Source: Caecitellus pseudoparvulus | Taxonomy: Eukaryota; Protista; Bigyra: Bicosoecida | Assembly (NCBI GenBank): GCA_965644315.1 | Contig: CBFFRQ010000109.1 | Span: forward strand, 1 to 61,133 | Reading direction: 5' to 3' | DNA length: 61,133 nt | Shown: one piece after another, positions 44,128 through 56,900 of the stretch | Numbering within the stretch: the first letter of the stretch is position 1 | Layout of the letters: every line of letters starts with the position of its first letter | Program-made: the position numbers and the translations under genes | The notes under the pieces: model-generated | Databases searched by the model: none | The model's input: the letters and a program-made list of their open reading frames with translations, nothing else | What the model was told of the DNA's origin: nothing

Positions 44128-45639
44128 ATGTCCACAGCCACGCCAGCCGGTGGCGGCCCACCAACAGCAGCATGCATGAGTACCCCAGAAATGGTGGACT
44201 TGGCGGGCATTGCCCAGCGCCACCTGTCCCAGGAAAACCAAAAACTGCGCCAGGAAGTGCAGGCTCTGGTGCATCGGGAGCAGCACCTGCGGGAGCTCAT
44301 TTCAGCCGCCAGCACGCCGGCGCCGCCTGCGCAGGTGGCCGACGCCATGGCCCCCGATACAGACCCCCAGCAAGAACGCTTGGCGAACTTCATGCGCCTG
44401 AAGCAGCTGCTGCCGCCCCGCATCGTGTCAGCCGTGATGGGTGATGTCGGCGTGGCCGCTGGCGACTTCGCCACCACTGCACCTGCCACCGAGGGCACAG
44501 ACTCAGCGCAGGGCGGTGAGCCTGCGGAAGAGGCCATCCTAGCTCAGTTAGACGAAGACCTGGCTGAAATCCCCCCCGACATGCAGCAGGCAGCGCTGCG
44601 CGAACACATCGTCTGCCTCATGCACCAGATCGAGGAGCAGGAGTCAGAGATCTTCCTCTTGCGCTGTGACCTGCAGCAGCCCCTGCCTCAGGCCCAGCCC
44701 ACTGGCCCCACACAGGCACAGCCTTCGTCCAGTGCCGAGGAGGCCCCGCCTGCGTGGGCCCAGGCGCTCCTGGCAGGCATGCAGAGTCTCTCGCAGCAGG
44801 TGCAGGCGCAGGGTGAAGCCATCCAGCGCCTGGCAGCGCAGCAGGGGGCGACGCCGGCCCCAGCGGCGCCAGGGGATACCTCCCAGGCAGCACAAACCCT
44901 GGGCACGTCCATGACCACGCCACAGCAACCAGATGCCCCAAAGACCTCCGCCGACGCCGGACAACTCAGCACTCTGCAGCACACTGTGAACCACGGCATG
45001 CGGAAGTTGAAGGAGGGCCTGGGGCGCATTGGTGCAGATGTGCGGACCATCAAGGGCCGGCTGACCGCCCCCTACCACGCGCACAGCATAGTGCAGCCCC
45101 ACGCACCCGTGCCAGTGCCCGTGCCCGCTGCCCTGCCACCCGGCCGCAACAGCCCCCCTCCAGGCATGGCACAGGGGGGCCGCGTGTCACCAGCCAGCGT
45201 GGGCCCACCACCTCCACCCCAGCCGGCCTCCCTGGACCCTCAGGCCCTGCATGGCATCCTGCGCCGCGTCGTGAGCGCCACCAGCCGGGTGCAAGACAAG
45301 CACCGCTCAGGCGAACTGCCCTCCCCAGCACACCCTCGCTCAGCAGGCTCCACGTCAGGCACACACGGCACCAGCCGTGGCACGCCCACGGCGCAAGGCA
45401 GGGCTGATGCCGGCGCCCGCCCCAGTCCCATCGAGCGGCAGGGACGGTTCGTGGACCGCGTCGCAGTTGCCGCGGCGGCCACACGGGCCACCGACGCGCC
45501 ACCCAGCACCAGTGCTGACTACGAGGCCGGACTGCGAGAAAAGGCCACTCGGGGGGCCAAGGCGGCTGGGCTGTGGCGCCGGCGGCGAGGTTCGCAGACC
45601 TCCACAGACCGCTCCGAGAGCAAGGCTGGCAGCCTGTGA
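44128..45639 (+). CDS. Hypothetical coiled-coil / Pro-rich protein
   Basis: ATG 44128 in ORF 43225..45639; heptad segments LSQENQKLRQEVQAL and MQSLSQQVQAQGEAIQRL. Confidence 0.7.
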   Translation: MSTATPAGGGPPTAACMSTPEMVDLAGIAQRHLSQENQKLRQEVQALVHREQHLRELISAASTPAPPAQVADAMAPDTDPQQERLANFMRLKQLLPPRIVSAVMGDVGVAAGDFATTAPATEGTDSAQGGEPAEEAILAQLDEDLAEIPPDMQQAALREHIVCLMHQIEEQESEIFLLRCDLQQPLPQAQPTGPTQAQPSSSAEEAPPAWAQALLAGMQSLSQQVQAQGEAIQRLAAQQGATPAPAAPGDTSQAAQTLGTSMTTPQQPDAPKTSADAGQLSTLQHTVNHGMRKLKEGLGRIGADVRTIKGRLTAPYHAHSIVQPHAPVPVPVPAALPPGRNSPPPGMAQGGRVSPASVGPPPPPQPASLDPQALHGILRRVVSATSRVQDKHRSGELPSPAHPRSAGSTSGTHGTSRGTPTAQGRADAGARPSPIERQGRFVDRVAVAAAATRATDAPPSTSADYEAGLREKATRGAKAAGLWRRRRGSQTSTDRSESKAGSL

Positions 45640-45727
45640 CACGCCTGCGCCAAACCACTCACGCCGTGTACACAACCCCCACACTGCCGTCCAAAGCCCC
45701 TGTATTTCTCCCCTTTCCGCCATAGCC

Positions 45728-46904
45728 ATGGTCTCCACTCGCAGCCGCAGCAGCGGCCGCCGCCGCGCCGCCCAGTCCCCTGAGCCGCAGGCTGCGCCAT
45801 CTTCACCTGACTCCGTCGCACCTCCTGACCATGCCCACGAGCCTGAGGCTGGACCAATGGATGCCACTGACTTGCTGCGTGCCATCTTCGAAGCCCATGA
45901 TGCAGATGGCAACGGCGTGCTGAGCCTCAGCGAGCTGGCAGTGGTGAGGGCCCTTCGCTGGTCGCGTTCAAACGAATTTCCGCAACACAACCGCCACGCC
46001 CACCGCACAGGCGTTTGCCGCTGCTGGCGTGCCCCGGAGCTACATGGAAGTGCGCGAACTCCTGGAAGACGCCGACACTGACCACAGGTTCGTTACTGTG
46101 CCGCTGCCCCTCCCACATGCCTGTGCTTGGGCTTGCCATGCTGCACTCTCCGCTCGCTTCCCCTGGCACAGCGGCGACTTGGACTTCGACGAGTTTCTGA
46201 AGGCGGTGCGGGAAGCCGGCCCCGCCTCTCCCTGGGCGTCCTTGGGCACATCTGACTCCCAAGGCCACGCCGAGCGTGAGGCAGTTGTGCGGGCTGAAGC
46301 CTCTCTCTCCCGCGTGCTGGCCCCACTGCACACTCAGGCGCACAAGGACGCACTGCTCATGGCCGAGGGTGATCCGACCCGCTACATCGCCCTGCCCGGC
46401 ACAGACGTCGCAGTGCCCCTCGCCACCCCCGGCTCGCGCATCCTGGGCCGGACGCTGTCGCTGCTGGTGCTGCTGGCAGCCAGCGTGGCTGCAGCCGCGC
46501 TGACGGCTGCCACAGCCGGCACAGTGGCTGCTGCTGTCCACCTGTACAACCGCCCGTCTCTGGACATCTCCCTGGCTGTCCTGGCAGGTCTCGCCGAGGG
46601 GGGGCACATGCGCTGGGCGCTGTTGGGGGGTGCCCTGTTTGGGCCCCTCGCTTTCGCCTCCTTCCCCGCCCTGCGCCGAGGCAAGACGGTGGCGGCCTGG
46701 CTGGCCGGCAACACCGTCATCGTGGCATCCACAGGGCGGCCCCTGCACCCCCTCCTCACCATGCTGCGGGAGTCTATCTCTGGCATGTGCCTGCCGCTGG
46801 ACTTGGGCTTTGCGCTGTGTGTGTCTCCCTCTGGCCAGCGCCTCGTGGACTATTTGTTGGGCACGCAGGTCGTGGCTGACGTCACGGCGGATGTGGCGGC
46901 CTGA
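45728..46904 (+). CDS. EF-hand pair fused to an RDD-family membrane domain
   Basis: Introns 45944-46010 and about 46088-46171 give EF loops DADGNGVLSLSE and DTDHSGDLDFDE; C-terminal ATPGSR...GKT...G..V...TG...R...QRLVDYLLGTQVV is RDD-like. Confidence 0.7.
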
Positions 46905-47156
46905 TGCCCCGTCTGACGCGTGGGAACCACAGTTCTCGCCGCGTGACAATGCAGCTTGCGTTTCATGCAGGCCCCGCAGCAGGCGGAGCTGACTCGCGTC
47001 TGCAACACCGTGTCAATACACAGGCATCTGTGTGTGAATGCCAGCACACGCCTACACTCTTCTTGCCCCCTGTACTGAAGCACCGTGAAGTACAGCAAGC
47101 AGCGTGCGCAAACGCTCCCGCCTCAGCCCACCCTCGACGCCGGCCCCTGCCCCGCC

Positions 47157-49032
47157 ATGATGCCTGGAGGCACCCTGCGGGACCGCATGAACGCAACACA
47201 GCTGCGCATTACAATGGACCAGATCCATGCAGCCGCCAACCCGGCCGAGGAGCAGGTGGGTGTGCTCTGTGTCCACTTGTGTGCGCTGCCCTCCTGGTGC
47301 ACTGCACCTTGCCGCCCGTTACGAAGCACAGGCTCTGGCGGAGCAGCTGATGAACGCAACGCCGACTTCCAGTGTCGTCTCGGATGATGACTTGTTCGAT
47401 GGCCCCGCGGGCTTCTCAAGCGGCTTTGCGAACACCTCAGGAGTCAGTGGCTCATCGGTAAGCTTCGTGGCATGGCGTTTCGCGTCGCGCTGCATCTCGG
47501 CACTCCACTCACACTCACCACCCCACCGCGACGCCACGGCACAGTCCCCAACAGACGGAGGACTTTCATTGGCTGTGCCCACTCCCCGGCCTGCACAGCG
47601 CAGCGCCTCTCCTGACTTTGAGAAGCAGGCCGTGCCAGCTTCAGCCACACCCCGCACATCTGCCCTCAGCGCCAGCATCGCCGCTGACCGCGCCCGGGAC
47701 GGCGTCATGCAGGTGCACCAGTTCAGTAGCGAAGCTGGGGACTGGGTGCAGGTGCCCATGGCCACTGCCGTGGCCGCAGCCACCCCCCAGCCAGAGGAAG
47801 CCGCCCCCGCTCCCACCCCAAGCGACACCCCAGGCGCCCCTGATGTCGACTCGGCGCCACCCCCCCCCACCCACACCGCCCAGACATCCATTTCCTCCCT
47901 ACCAAGCCTGGCCCCCGCCACGGGCATGCAGTACCGTTGGCAAATGACGCAAATGCTAGCCTCTTGCTCCGTGGGCGAGGTGCTCCGAGGCCTCGTTCGC
48001 CTCTGCAACCAGCAAGGCGGCTGCTGGCTGTTGCCAGGGCAGCAGCCAGCAGCCGCTGCAGACCAGTCTTCCTGTGGCGCCGCGTCCAGCGCCTTCCAGC
48101 TGCGTGTCGCCGAGGACGGCGAGGCGGACTTCGACTTCCCCTGCCTCCCCCGCACCGCCAAAGTGGCCGGGCTGGGGGAAGAGGAATTCGCCGTGTGCAG
48201 CGCCGACAGCCAGCAGGAGGTGCTGCAAGTGCGCCTGCACCATACGACGTCCAAGGCAGGCAAGCCCGTCCTGCGGCTCTTCTTCCGCCACCCGCCTCCG
48301 CCGGGCACAGAGGTGTTCGACCCGTCCCCTGTGCCCAGGGGGACGGGCTCCACGCCCACACCCTCGCCCACCGCCTGCCCTTCTTCAGCTGCTCCGGAAC
48401 ATGCCCACACCAGCGCCGGTGCAGCTGCCCAACCCGCCGTCCCCACCGCCCAGCCCCTCCGACTGTGGTCCAGGTCAGGGGAAGTCTTCACACCTGTCCC
48501 AGTGCAGGCCTCGCCTGCAGCCCAGACCTCACCCGCCCGACACCAAGACGCGCCAGCGTTCGCACTATCAGACAGCGAAGGCACGAGCCCAGAGGGCGAT
48601 GGCAGCGGCAGTGGCAGCGGCGCTGAGGAGGAGGAAGTGGAGACGGGCGGCCGCGGTCGCCACACGGGCCTGCAAGTGACGTACACGTCAGCGGGTGGCG
48701 AGGGGGGGAGCTTTGGTGGGGCGCTGGGCAGTGTGGCTGCAGTGCCCATGGGGCGGGAGGGTGCCGGGCATCTCGCTGCGCACACAGCCCAAGTGGGCGC
48801 ACCCGGCGGCGCAGATATGATGCGCCAAATTGCAGAGTACCGCAGAGCGCGGTACGGCAGACAGCCGCCAGCCAGCGAACAAGGGGTGCCTGCAGTGCTG
48901 GGCAAGCTGGCAGCAGGCCTGTCAGCGGAGCCTCGGCGCAGGCAGTTGCTGGAGAGTGACGAGGATGCGCTGGCGGCTGCCATCGCAGCTGTGGACGGCA
49001 CGGGGTCACAGGCAGCAGCGCCCTCGCTCTGA
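47157..49032 (+). CDS. Protein with Sin1 CRIM-like domain (TORC2 Sin1/Avo1-related)
   Basis: Introns 47256-47331 and 47458-47544; SVGEVL...FQLRVAEDGEADFDFPCLPR...FAVC resembles the CRIM core LRI.EDDGE.D.DFP.L.R. Confidence 0.6.
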
Positions 49033-49375
49033 TCTTGCCTGGCCCGGCAGTAATGCACATGTACATGTAGAGGGGGGTTGCCCCGGTCCCCTGCTACTGG
49101 AGCCAGGCGGGGGCAAGCACGGGATGAAACGTGTCAGGTGCATTGCGGAGAGTCGAGCCACGAGCTCTAGACAGGCTGCCAAGTGCTGGCGTCACGGCAC
49201 CGGCACACAGGCCCCATATGTGCAAGGCTTTGCTGCGTGAGCAAGCCTGCAGCCGCTGGATCATTTGAAGAGGTGGCCTGTTGTCCTGTGTGGGCAGCGG
49301 GCCAGACTCCCAACCAGAGTGCCCGGCCAGCTCAAAGTGTGGGCCCACATTCAGTGGACCAAAGAGCACATGCTA

Positions 49376-49972
49376 TCACTGCGCCGAAACAGTAGCCGTC
49401 TCTGGACTGCCGCCTGGCACCATCTGCGCCGGAGAGAGAACGTGACCAATGTGCACGGCAAGCTCTCAGCACCCGGCCGCGGTAGGCGCCGATACGCACC
49501 ATGGTGACGTGGTTGCCGTTCAGGAGGATCTGGTCCAGCTTCTCGGTCGTGGTTCCTGACGCTGTCGTCTTGCTGTGGTGCAGCACAAATGCATGATAAG
49601 TGGTCAGGCCAAACAACTCGTGCAAGCCGCACGCCACTCACTACTCCGTCACGTCTTCAAGCACCATGTTCACAAAGTCATCGAAGCCCTTCAGAGTCCC
49701 CACAAACTCGCGGTCGCCACGAAGAATGACCCACAGCTTGGACTGTGCAGCGGGGGGGGCAGGTGCTGCAGAGAGAATGGATGCCACTGGCCAACGTGCG
49801 GAAATAGCCTCACCCCAATGCACTTGCCCACAAGCTCTGCGAGAGGGAGGGGAGGGAGAAGCATGAGGGAGCTATGAACAGCACTAATATCACCACAGCC
49901 CGTATCCTGCGGCGTTCACGCACCCAAGGGGAGCAGCTGGGGCAACCCTGTCGAGGAACCAGAGTCTGCCAT
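49376..49972 (-). CDS. LSM5: U6 snRNA-associated Sm-like protein LSm5 (5 exons)
   Basis: Spliced: MADS..QLLPL / ELVGKCIG / [33 protein letters not shown] / ..[14 protein letters not shown] / MVPGGSP..; stop at 49376-49378. Confidence 0.92.
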
Positions 49973-50404
49973 GTCTGGCGTGCAAACAAGCAGTTGCGAA
50001 TCGCCGGAGATGGAGGCAACGAACTTGTCACGAAGCAGGTGGTCAGTCTCGGGTGGGTGTGTTTTTGTTCGAAAATTGTGGATTTGCCCACATCCTATGT
50101 TCGGTGTGCACGGGGCCGGGTAGCATTTCGAGCTGCTGGTGGTAACAAGGTCTTCCTCAGGCACGGTTGCTTTCGCAAAAATCTCCCCCGAAGAAACTCA
50201 AATTTGCAGGAAAAGCCCCCTATCAGACTGCGCCCAATCGTTTACACGATGTACAGGCCCAAGTAAGCGCCTTTGCATTCTGCTTGATCGATCAGAGGCA
50301 CGTTTCGTGTGGATTGCACCTTCCGGCTGTCTGCTTGAAGCCAGTGCGCAGTTTCTTGCGCACGGCGGCGGGAAGCTCGTAAGAGGGAGTCGGCCTTCAC
50401 AAGT

Positions 50405-51851
50405 ATGGGCGGTGTAAATCTTCTAGGCGCGCTTGTAGCCTGTAGCGTCGCTGGTTTCGTTGGAGCAGGTGCGCTGCGTGTGCTGAAACTCCCTGCGTTT
50501 CTCCATATCCCTGGTTCACACCTGGACTGCAATACGCGCAGACTTTGCGTATACGACGTTCAACGACACCTCTGGGCTTGTATTCCTTGGCTCAGCAACA
50601 ACAAGCGACTGCTCTGGGGGAGCGACTGTAAGGTTCCCAAGCTCCCGGTCCTGTCTTGACTGCCAGGCACTGGTGGCCTCTCGCGCACGTCCTTCGCAGC
50701 ATCCGTACCAGCCAAGGCACGGCAGTGCAGACGGCAGCGGGCGCATTCCTGGCCTGATTGTAAGTGCAGGGTGCCACAACCATGCTCTTCGAGGCTGAAA
50801 GTGCGAGCGTTTGGCCCTGCTTCCCTCGCAGTCTGAGGGTGTCACCACGCATACGTCGTACGAGACGAGCACCAACGACCCCAGCGAAAGTGACTACATC
50901 GCGTCAGCCTTGTCAGTGTTTGGCCACCGCGAGGCGTTCGCAGAGTCGCCAGACCCGCGGCGCTGTGATCTGCGCATGAGGTATGGACAGCTCTCTGCCA
51001 CGCAGCTCCCAACCGCGCAGCACCCCCTGCGCGACACCCACAGGCTCACTCCATCCAAACCATACAAGCAAGGAGCTGTCTGGCGAAGGTCACCGGTGCC
51101 GTTGTCAGGGGGCTTTGAGGCAGGGTTCTCGTTTCAGATCTCAGACCATTCCCGCGTCTGCCGAAGGGTGCGCGACAAGGCCTTCAGCACGCGCTTGTAC
51201 GAATCATGCATGGTGCACGGAGGGGACGGGTTCGCATTCGTTCTGCACAACGATGCCAACCGCACAAAGGCGCTCGGGGTGGACGGGGAGCGCTTGGGCT
51301 ACACTGGCATCCGCAACGCCGTCGCAGTGGAGTTCGACACGTGGTACAACCCAGACATTGGCGACCTGTTCCACGACCACATTAGTCTACAGGCCTCAGG
51401 CCCCCTAGCACCACTGGCCTCCAACCAGTCACAGCTGATGGGGGCAGCGAGGCCCCACCCCCTCGCAGATGGCAAGGTGCACAGCGTCAAACTGCAGTAC
51501 TTCCCGCACCTGAAGTACGAGCTGCTCGAGCACTTTTCCGCCACCCCCCAGTTGGTCCCCTTCCTGAAAGACGCAGGCGAGTCACGCCGCATTGGCACCT
51601 TTGTTGTATACATCGACAACATGACTACACCCTTGACAGCGGTGCCCATCAACCTGAACGTGGCAATGGACCTGCCCGACGGTCAAGCGTATGTTGGGTT
51701 CACAGCCTCGACTGGCAAAGCGTGGGAGCGGCACGACATGTTGTCATGGTACTTTTGTGAGTATCCTGGCTGTCCTAGGAGTGGCCTGGGCCCGGTGGAT
51801 TGGCAAGCGACCCTTGATTTCATGGATGAGGATGAAGTGAACCCTCGATGA
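50405..51851 (+). CDS. Secreted L-type (legume) lectin-domain protein
   Basis: Signal-peptide exon from 50405, exon DFAYTTFNDTSGLVFLGSA, then GGDGFAFVL, AVAVEFDTWYN, AYVGFTASTG, HDMLSWYF. Internal exon boundaries partly unresolved. Confidence 0.8.
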
Positions 51852-52031
51852 AGCAATGCAGTGCCTTGCGCACACACAGGCCCCAACCCCTCTCACAAAA
51901 TGCAAAAACGGAAGATTTGCAAGCAAGCAGACTCTACATGTACGCAAGCCATGACTCTGCTGAAGTGGCGACCCGTCCCCATTGCCATTCTGTAGGCGCC
52001 GCATGTGCCAACTCGCCGGCGCAAGTACAGA

Positions 52032-53774
52032 ATGGCGCCTGGTCGGAGCCAGGGCCCGGTCCTCGTGCTGTGCGCGGCGACCCTTGCCTGCACTTGCCTC
52101 TGTAGCGTCCAGTCCTTCAATGTCACATTGAGGGCGCCGTCGCAGGGGGACTGGATTGCGGGTGACGAGGTCACCGCGGAATTTGAAGTGCGGCGTTTGC
52201 ACGGCGAGCAAGTGAGCAACGCCCTCATCCGCTTGGATGGCACGTACCAGCCTTTCTGCAACATTGATCTGACCGACATGACCGAGTCTGTGGTGGTGCA
52301 GTGCACTCTCCGGCTGGAAGCCCCTCAAGTGCACTGGCTCCGAGTCTTCGTCTTCTCAGGGCAAGGCACGAGCTTCAAACAGCACAGCATCGTCTTCACG
52401 CAGATTCCTGCAGGCCTGCGTCAACCCCAGCCCTGGTGGTCAGGACGGCTCCCAACCAATCATGTTGGTGCTGGCGACTGGCTTGACGGCTTCCGCTCCA
52501 AACCAAGCGACAGGCTAGAGCCTCCTGCGAAGAAAGTGCCGGCAGAGCAAAACGTCGCAGCTGCTGCAAGCAACCCAGTGAGCAGAGCTCCGGAAGAGTG
52601 CCGAGTCCAGCACTCGAATGCGTCTGCCCCCCTCTTGTGCACCTCGGCCTTCCACACAAGATCCCGCTCCAAGCTTCTTGGGCCGCAGTGGACCAGTGCA
52701 TGGAGGCGTGTCAGCGTCGCACAGTGGATCCAGCAAGGCGCAGCGCCAAGGTGTGCGACAGCCTCCACTCTCGCTGCAACTTTCGCCACAGAGAGTTCAG
52801 CACAGCACGTGTACGACACGATTCAGTCGTTGAAGGCACAGGACGCAAGTCTCGGCGTTGTCGTGTTTGTGTACGGTGCTGCTGAGCCCTGGTGGGAGAA
52901 GGAGCAGTGGATGACTGTCCCCTGCATCCGCTTTGTTGTGTTGCCGGGCCACATGCGGCTGTGGTTCCTTAAGCACTTCCTGACGCCAGAGACCTTGCAA
53001 AGTTGGTCCTGGCTTCCCACGAGCGAGGCCCACCCCCCACTCCACGTGGTGTTCTTCGATGATGACGTGGACGTGTCCCGGCTCCAGCTGCCTGGCTTCA
53101 TCGCAACCATGCACCGGCTGGGCATCCACCTGGCACAGCCTGCCCACGACGCATCCTCAGAGACGTCACACGCGCTGCTCTTTGCTGATGCCCACGGAAC
53201 ATCAAGCCCTGGCTCCTTCTCTACTTTTGTGGAGTGTGGGCCGGTTGTGGTTGCAGAGCTTGAAACCTTCAACTGCATGATGGAGGTTGTGAATGAGTTT
53301 GGCGTCTCAGGCTACGGCTACGACTTCATATGGTCCGCACTCTGTGCACCTCACACCACCGCACTTCTCCATGACTTCACCATTCGTCACTTGAACAGCC
53401 AAGGACTCTCAGCCAAGCCAAATGCCATGGGCCAGATGGCTGCCGATGGCATCGCAGCCCTCGCAGGGGCGTCGTTGGCTGGCCTGCTACCAGACTTAGA
53501 GTGGGTGGCGCCAATGATGGAAGCCATCCGAAAATCAGCACGGAAAACTATCCAGCGCATCTTGCAGTACTGCCCTGAAACCCGACAAGACTCTGACGAG
53601 GACCAGTGTACAGCAAGCGTCGTTGCCGCGCACCAGGCCGGCACTGCTCTGTCAGCAAGCAAGGCCCTGGGCCGCTGGAATCAGCACCAGCGCTCCATCC
53701 TGTTCCCCAACAAGACTACCTCCTTTCCTTGGGGCGAACTTGTCATGGGGCCGTCAGTGGAGGCAGCTCGATGA
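52032..53774 (+). CDS. DUF707-family (GT-A-like) secreted protein
   Basis: Signal peptide from ATG 52032; VVFFDDDV, HLAQPA, FVECGPVV, GYGYDFIW motifs. Confidence 0.75.
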   Translation: MAPGRSQGPVLVLCAATLACTCLCSVQSFNVTLRAPSQGDWIAGDEVTAEFEVRRLHGEQVSNALIRLDGTYQPFCNIDLTDMTESVVVQCTLRLEAPQVHWLRVFVFSGQGTSFKQHSIVFTQIPAGLRQPQPWWSGRLPTNHVGAGDWLDGFRSKPSDRLEPPAKKVPAEQNVAAAASNPVSRAPEECRVQHSNASAPLLCTSAFHTRSRSKLLGPQWTSAWRRVSVAQWIQQGAAPRCATASTLAATFATESSAQHVYDTIQSLKAQDASLGVVVFVYGAAEPWWEKEQWMTVPCIRFVVLPGHMRLWFLKHFLTPETLQSWSWLPTSEAHPPLHVVFFDDDVDVSRLQLPGFIATMHRLGIHLAQPAHDASSETSHALLFADAHGTSSPGSFSTFVECGPVVVAELETFNCMMEVVNEFGVSGYGYDFIWSALCAPHTTALLHDFTIRHLNSQGLSAKPNAMGQMAADGIAALAGASLAGLLPDLEWVAPMMEAIRKSARKTIQRILQYCPETRQDSDEDQCTASVVAAHQAGTALSASKALGRWNQHQRSILFPNKTTSFPWGELVMGPSVEAAR

Positions 53775-53981
53775 ACTGCTGCGGCTCCTGTGCAGGCCTG
53801 CACCTTGACTTCTAGCGCTGACAAATCCATTCATCAGTATACTTTGATACCACAAGGTGTGGAGACCTGGGTGCATCGTGAGGCTGCATAGGTCCCCTCT
53901 GGCACTGGGGTGAGCTCCCCACCCTCCTGCGTTTCTACATGAAACGCGACGCACAACGCTAGCCGCACATACCTGACAAGC

Positions 53982-56900
53982 ATGCCCGGGAGCCGAGCAA
54001 AGCGCTGCTTAGTGTTCTTTGCATCCCTTTCATATGCGTTAGCCACCCAGCTGCGCATCACTGAAGTCATGGTGGTCTCCCGTAGTGCTAGCACCGCAAC
54101 CCAACGGGAGCTGGGTGGAGGTCACAAACTTCGGGCACCAACCGTGGAACCTGACGGGGTCCTCCTTTCCACTGGGGACCACGTGAACAAGAACAACAGC
54201 GTGTACAGCGAAATAATACTGCAGCCCTTCCGCTCCGCACTTTTACACAGCGGCTTGACGATAGAAGACAGACCAGGCAATGCAGGAGTGCGTGCGTGCT
54301 GCCATCTGACACGCTGCATGGTCGGCGATGCGGCCCCTTCCGCCCCGACGCCGAGGCCGCCTCCCCCCTCAAGGAGCCACGGAATGGTGACTCTCTTTGA
54401 TGGCAGGTGGGGTGCTTGTCTCGCGGTTTCGTGGAGCTCACGGCGCGGCCCGGTGTCGCGATGCAATGGTCAGCGCAGAGGAGGCATTCGGGGAGGCTGT
54501 GGCAGGGGGCTCGGGGCCTGGGAAAGCAGCAGCAACTCCAGCTCCGAGCGCGATGGGGCTCGCCAGCCTTGTACGCCATTGCTGCAGTCGATGCAGTGCC
54601 TGGTTCAGCTGGCTTGGACCCACAGAGCGGCATTCAGTTCGACGCAGTTTCGTGGTCTCGCGTCCCCACGTCCGATGCGACGCCTCTGTACACCTTGACT
54701 GACTTCACGCGCCAAACATCAAGACCCCTTTTGACCCACAAATCCCAGGGACCACTTCTCATTCACTGCTCGAGTGGGACTGCCATGCGCTCTCTTGAGC
54801 CAACACGTCGCAGCACGGAGACGAGGTGTGGGCGTGGCACGGTCCCACGCATGCGTGCTGCCCAGCTCCCCCGGGGTCTCGGATTCGGGCATCGTCCCCA
54901 GGGCCACAGTCTTGATCTTCATCTCCTGCCTTCTTCACGAGCGTTTGATGGTTCGGTTTTCTTCGCCGCGTCCACGAAGGAGGGCCGACGGGAGCTTCAC
55001 TTTCTATCCCACTCCCCAGTCTCGGAAAGCCTGGCCCTGACCAACCTGGACGCAGCCGACAAGCAAGTGGAGGCTGGCGGTTCGCCGCTCAAGTCCGTAC
55101 GACGCTATAGCCATGTCCCACCCCCTTCTGCTACGAGCATCTGCAGCCGACGTCAGCCGGCTGGTGTTTTGGCGCCACGTCAGCCGCTGGCGGAGCGACC
55201 GTGGTTTCTTGCCTGGGTCTTCGACGGTGCCCGTCGTGCGCGCTGATGTGTGCCCTGGCCCATGCAGCTCTGCTATGGTTGGGTGCGATGGCGCTCTTCC
55301 TCCTGTTCACGGCCGATGATGGCGTTCGCTGCTGAGCTTCCGGCGGTCTACACCGGTGACGTGGCAGGGGCCAGCGGTGCTTGGGACAGACCCACGCGCT
55401 TGGCGGCCGGCGCATCGAGGCGGGGCGCATGCCGAGCTCCCCACGCTCCGGGGTCGTCCCTGGCGAGACACCTTCCTGGTCTGGCCCATGACGCGGCAGC
55501 AGCATGGTGCTGAGTTTGGGCGTGGAATGGCGAGGATGCTCCGCAGATTCATTGGTCCAGGGGGATGCACGCGAGGAACCCTCGGAGCTCAGCCTGTTGC
55601 AATGCCCATCACTGAGTACCATGGCGCTATTTCCCTGCCCGGCAGCTGCAGACCAGCTCGGGCGGGGGTGGGACTGTGGGAGGGGCGAGGGCGCACCAAA
55701 GTAGCGGCACCGCCGCCCGCCGGCTCCGAGCGGCCGCTGCAGCGTGCGAAGTGGGGCACTTCTGGCGCATGCAAGGCGAGCTTTTATGGAGCAGCGGGTG
55801 ACGGCGCGGCAGGTGAGGCAATCGAGGTCTCCGAACGTACAAGCACCCCGACACGACGGATGCGCTGTGTGTGCCGCTCCGGGAGCAGAGCACGCTGGGG
55901 GGTGTGCGGGACTTGCGGGGAAGCACGCTGCAGCCAGTCACGGAGCAGGCTTGCGCTACTTCAAACTTACCGTGCCTGGCTGCGACCATTGTCCGGTTGG
56001 GGTGCTCCATTGCTGTGGACAGCTGTCCGCTGTCCTTCGCAGCTGGTGGCGACATCTTATCCTTCAGAACGGCGGCAGTACAGCGTTCGTCTTCCGCCGC
56101 CTCGCGCTGACGGATTTCACCGGTCCCCGAAGCCCTTTCAGTGGACCCTGGCCGCAGCAGCTCACCGAGCTGGACGATCAGCCAGGAGATGCCTGTGTAC
56201 TTCTACCGCATTGTCGGGCCCTGGCTGCGGTCGGATGCCCCGCCGCGAATGCTTCGGCAGGCCGGGTACATATGTTCGGTGGGGGCGCGGAGCATGAGCC
56301 GGCGCCCACCACTTCGTCACCATCGACAATGGGCGTGCAACCTGAGTTTGGGCCGCCCTCGGCGCTGCGCCCATGGAGCGGAGCCCCAACTCTGGTCGTT
56401 GGTGCGCCGGGAGCGGATGTGGCGGGTGTTTCAGGCGCAGGGGCCGCGTCAGTGTGGGGCTCCGCTATGGTCTTTGGGAGCACGTCCAGGTGCCGATGAG
56501 TGACACTGCTCGTCCAGCGGACGAGGTTGGGGCTGCAGTCGGCTTGCACGGAGAAGGAATCTGGTCCATCGGGGCACCAGGAATGGACGGCGGCTCTGGT
56601 GCAGCATGTCACGTTCATCCGACTGCCGGAGCGAGCTGTCCAGTCATGGGCAGCACCAGTGTCACGTCCCGGCTCCCTTGATGATTCACGTACAGGGCTG
56701 CACTTTGGTGCCAAGAGTGCCATGGACTCGAATCCGCTTTGCTACGTGAGCAGCTCCACGTCACATAGCATGCGTCTGGCGCGAGGGCTGGTATTTGGAG
56801 CAGTACGCACTTTGACGCAGATCTCACGCACGTCGTGCTGCATGAGCGCATCACAGCTTTGGATGGGCAGCAGGGGGACAGGGTTTAAGAGGGCAGAAGC

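Noticed and set aside
38474-49058. Long antisense or overlapping ORFs (38474..39988, 38884..40434, 41391..42779, 47319..49058)
   Set aside because: Shadow ORFs expected opposite GC-rich genes; no motifs of their own.
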